A stretch of 64,000 bases of DNA from Porphyridium purpureum (taxonomy: Eukaryota): positions 1,178,001 to 1,242,000 of the forward strand of contig VRMN01000001.1 of the NCBI GenBank assembly GCA_008690995.1, read 5' to 3'. Positions 63,901 through 64,000 of the stretch are shown here, piece after piece (position 1 is the first letter of the stretch; every line of letters begins with the position of its first letter). Both the position numbers and the translations under genes were made by a program. The notes below the pieces were generated by a model. That model did not search any database. It worked only from the letters and a program-made list of their open reading frames with translations, and had not been told where the DNA came from.

Positions 63901-64000
63901 ACAATATTCGAAAAATGCGGCCACGCCTGCGACCGAAATCGGGGCGCCCGTATCCACAAACACACCTCTCCAGCGGCGCAGTGGCGCTGTGCGGCCGGAA
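60979..64000 (-). CDS. pol: Copia pol polyprotein (PR-IN-RT-RH), uninterrupted, 5'-truncated by the window edge
   Basis: PR FVDTGA; IN HKRFGH..CDIC, SLD, TVD, ERHH; RT KSRFVAQG, DFAQAYLQ, KPLYGLRES, VLVDD; RH FADAS, SAE, TDS, ADALTK. Confidence 0.95.
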   Translation of the reverse strand, partial: SGRTAPLRRWRGVFVDTGAPISVAGVAAFFEYCETVGSPKTLEPVPKELPTLVWGKRLEPVGVGTVRVGIGADAFLSFHFIVVQGSNLPILIGNDELERHRLNVVREPPPLRLQGPNFDIRLEVAPSKHISIPANSFSKGLFHVESSEQALLFTDAELKNIHKRFGHASAAQMKKILRLSGNPLSSEQYKKLHDMLRVCDICQWYSGRRSSFKVAAEIEVSFNHNVSLDIMYLNPDATSPSIPVLHAVCNGTKLNGAWFVSGETAQDLFCLFFRGWISVFGSPHRITVDHQSNFASADFKALMLGECSVVDVVPIESHWSQGTVERHHEPLRKTYLRVRRDQPGLTPEDSLAIAVRAVNVTTGPEGVIPSLLVFGTIPRLAMRPESAREDSREMNVARLSAAIIARGAYERAIAEYRVKAALASRAPEFPREGDRIEAGVPVLVRREEAYEYGGPFVCAKVDGNRVWVLVPNMRGPARQLSFSIHNVKPYLRATDVRENLILKLDSADHVEDDLWKEAKEKELRGLIDRGTLEAVHEVPPGATLLGSRMENTVKADGTFKSRFVAQGIKTRDPGAESTTINAPTLSRFMMRTIFSIAVIRGHRIAYRDFAQAYLQSEWDLSRKVFIRLKSDVRDILSKITESVFPQYARIVKPLYGLRESGTYWHATLTKRLRDIGFNTAGLDPCVFYLRSEESFLGGVGVLVDDSLIFGEEAAFAAESKVASGLDNKGRFDPPFTFNGTHVTTRGRTLTIDQDAYVQRCFGSSIPNVQTFEEFRSIRGKLAYLSSGTRPDIQCATAKLAQVTASSFTQEHARKVVRLAKYVNHHRVQVRYAPLDPATLRIRVFADASYASNHDHTSQLGFAIFLGDSSDTVHHLHSSSHKAKQVAHSAMSAELLALVLAYDFAEGIQNELHQCGLDAPIVLATDSKQIYDSVASSSILQEKRQMIRLLLLREGMALGRIAELVHVAGANNVADALTKERDCPLWRRVLRHGKLADVASARVYLLQ

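Larger units (their letters stand above)
60455..64000 (-). mobile_element. Ty1/copia LTR retrotransposon (GalEa-like), 5' part beyond the window
   Basis: Domain order protease-integrase-RT-RNase H, followed by a putative LTR. Confidence 0.92.

Overview
This is gene-dense, GC-rich, intron-poor eukaryotic nuclear DNA. Several proteins begin with red-algal-type plastid transit peptides (MAFV/MAAFV/MAYI/MVAWV), so the source is probably a unicellular rhodophyte (Porphyridium-like); this is an inference. About 33 protein-coding genes are visible, including a TBC Rab-GAP, eIF2B-delta, SDR, cytochrome b5, RAD51, Rab18, MED9-like, uL18, Dispatched-like RND protein, SHMT, C2H2 TF, Ppx/GppA-like, ER DnaJ, FtsX-like permease, DUF3067, membrane lipase, RRF, PEX26-like, PPR, GluRS, DUF1823, GST, DapF, LETM1-like, OLA1, 2OG oxygenase, Cactin and NSE2. 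The window ends in a Ty1/copia (GalEa-like) LTR retrotransposon. Only two spliceosomal introns were found, both with branch points about 80 nt from the acceptor. The most notable observations are: a 3' LTR ending within 4-58 nt of the NSE2 start in the same orientation, a probable red-algal PEX26/APEM9 orthologue, a +1 frameshift at an A9 run in a plastid gene, two apparently degenerate enzymes, and bacterial-type Ppx/GppA and FtsX-like proteins. I found no tRNA, rRNA or CRISPR array, and no clear multi-gene novel system. All family calls come from motif recognition by eye, without database searches.
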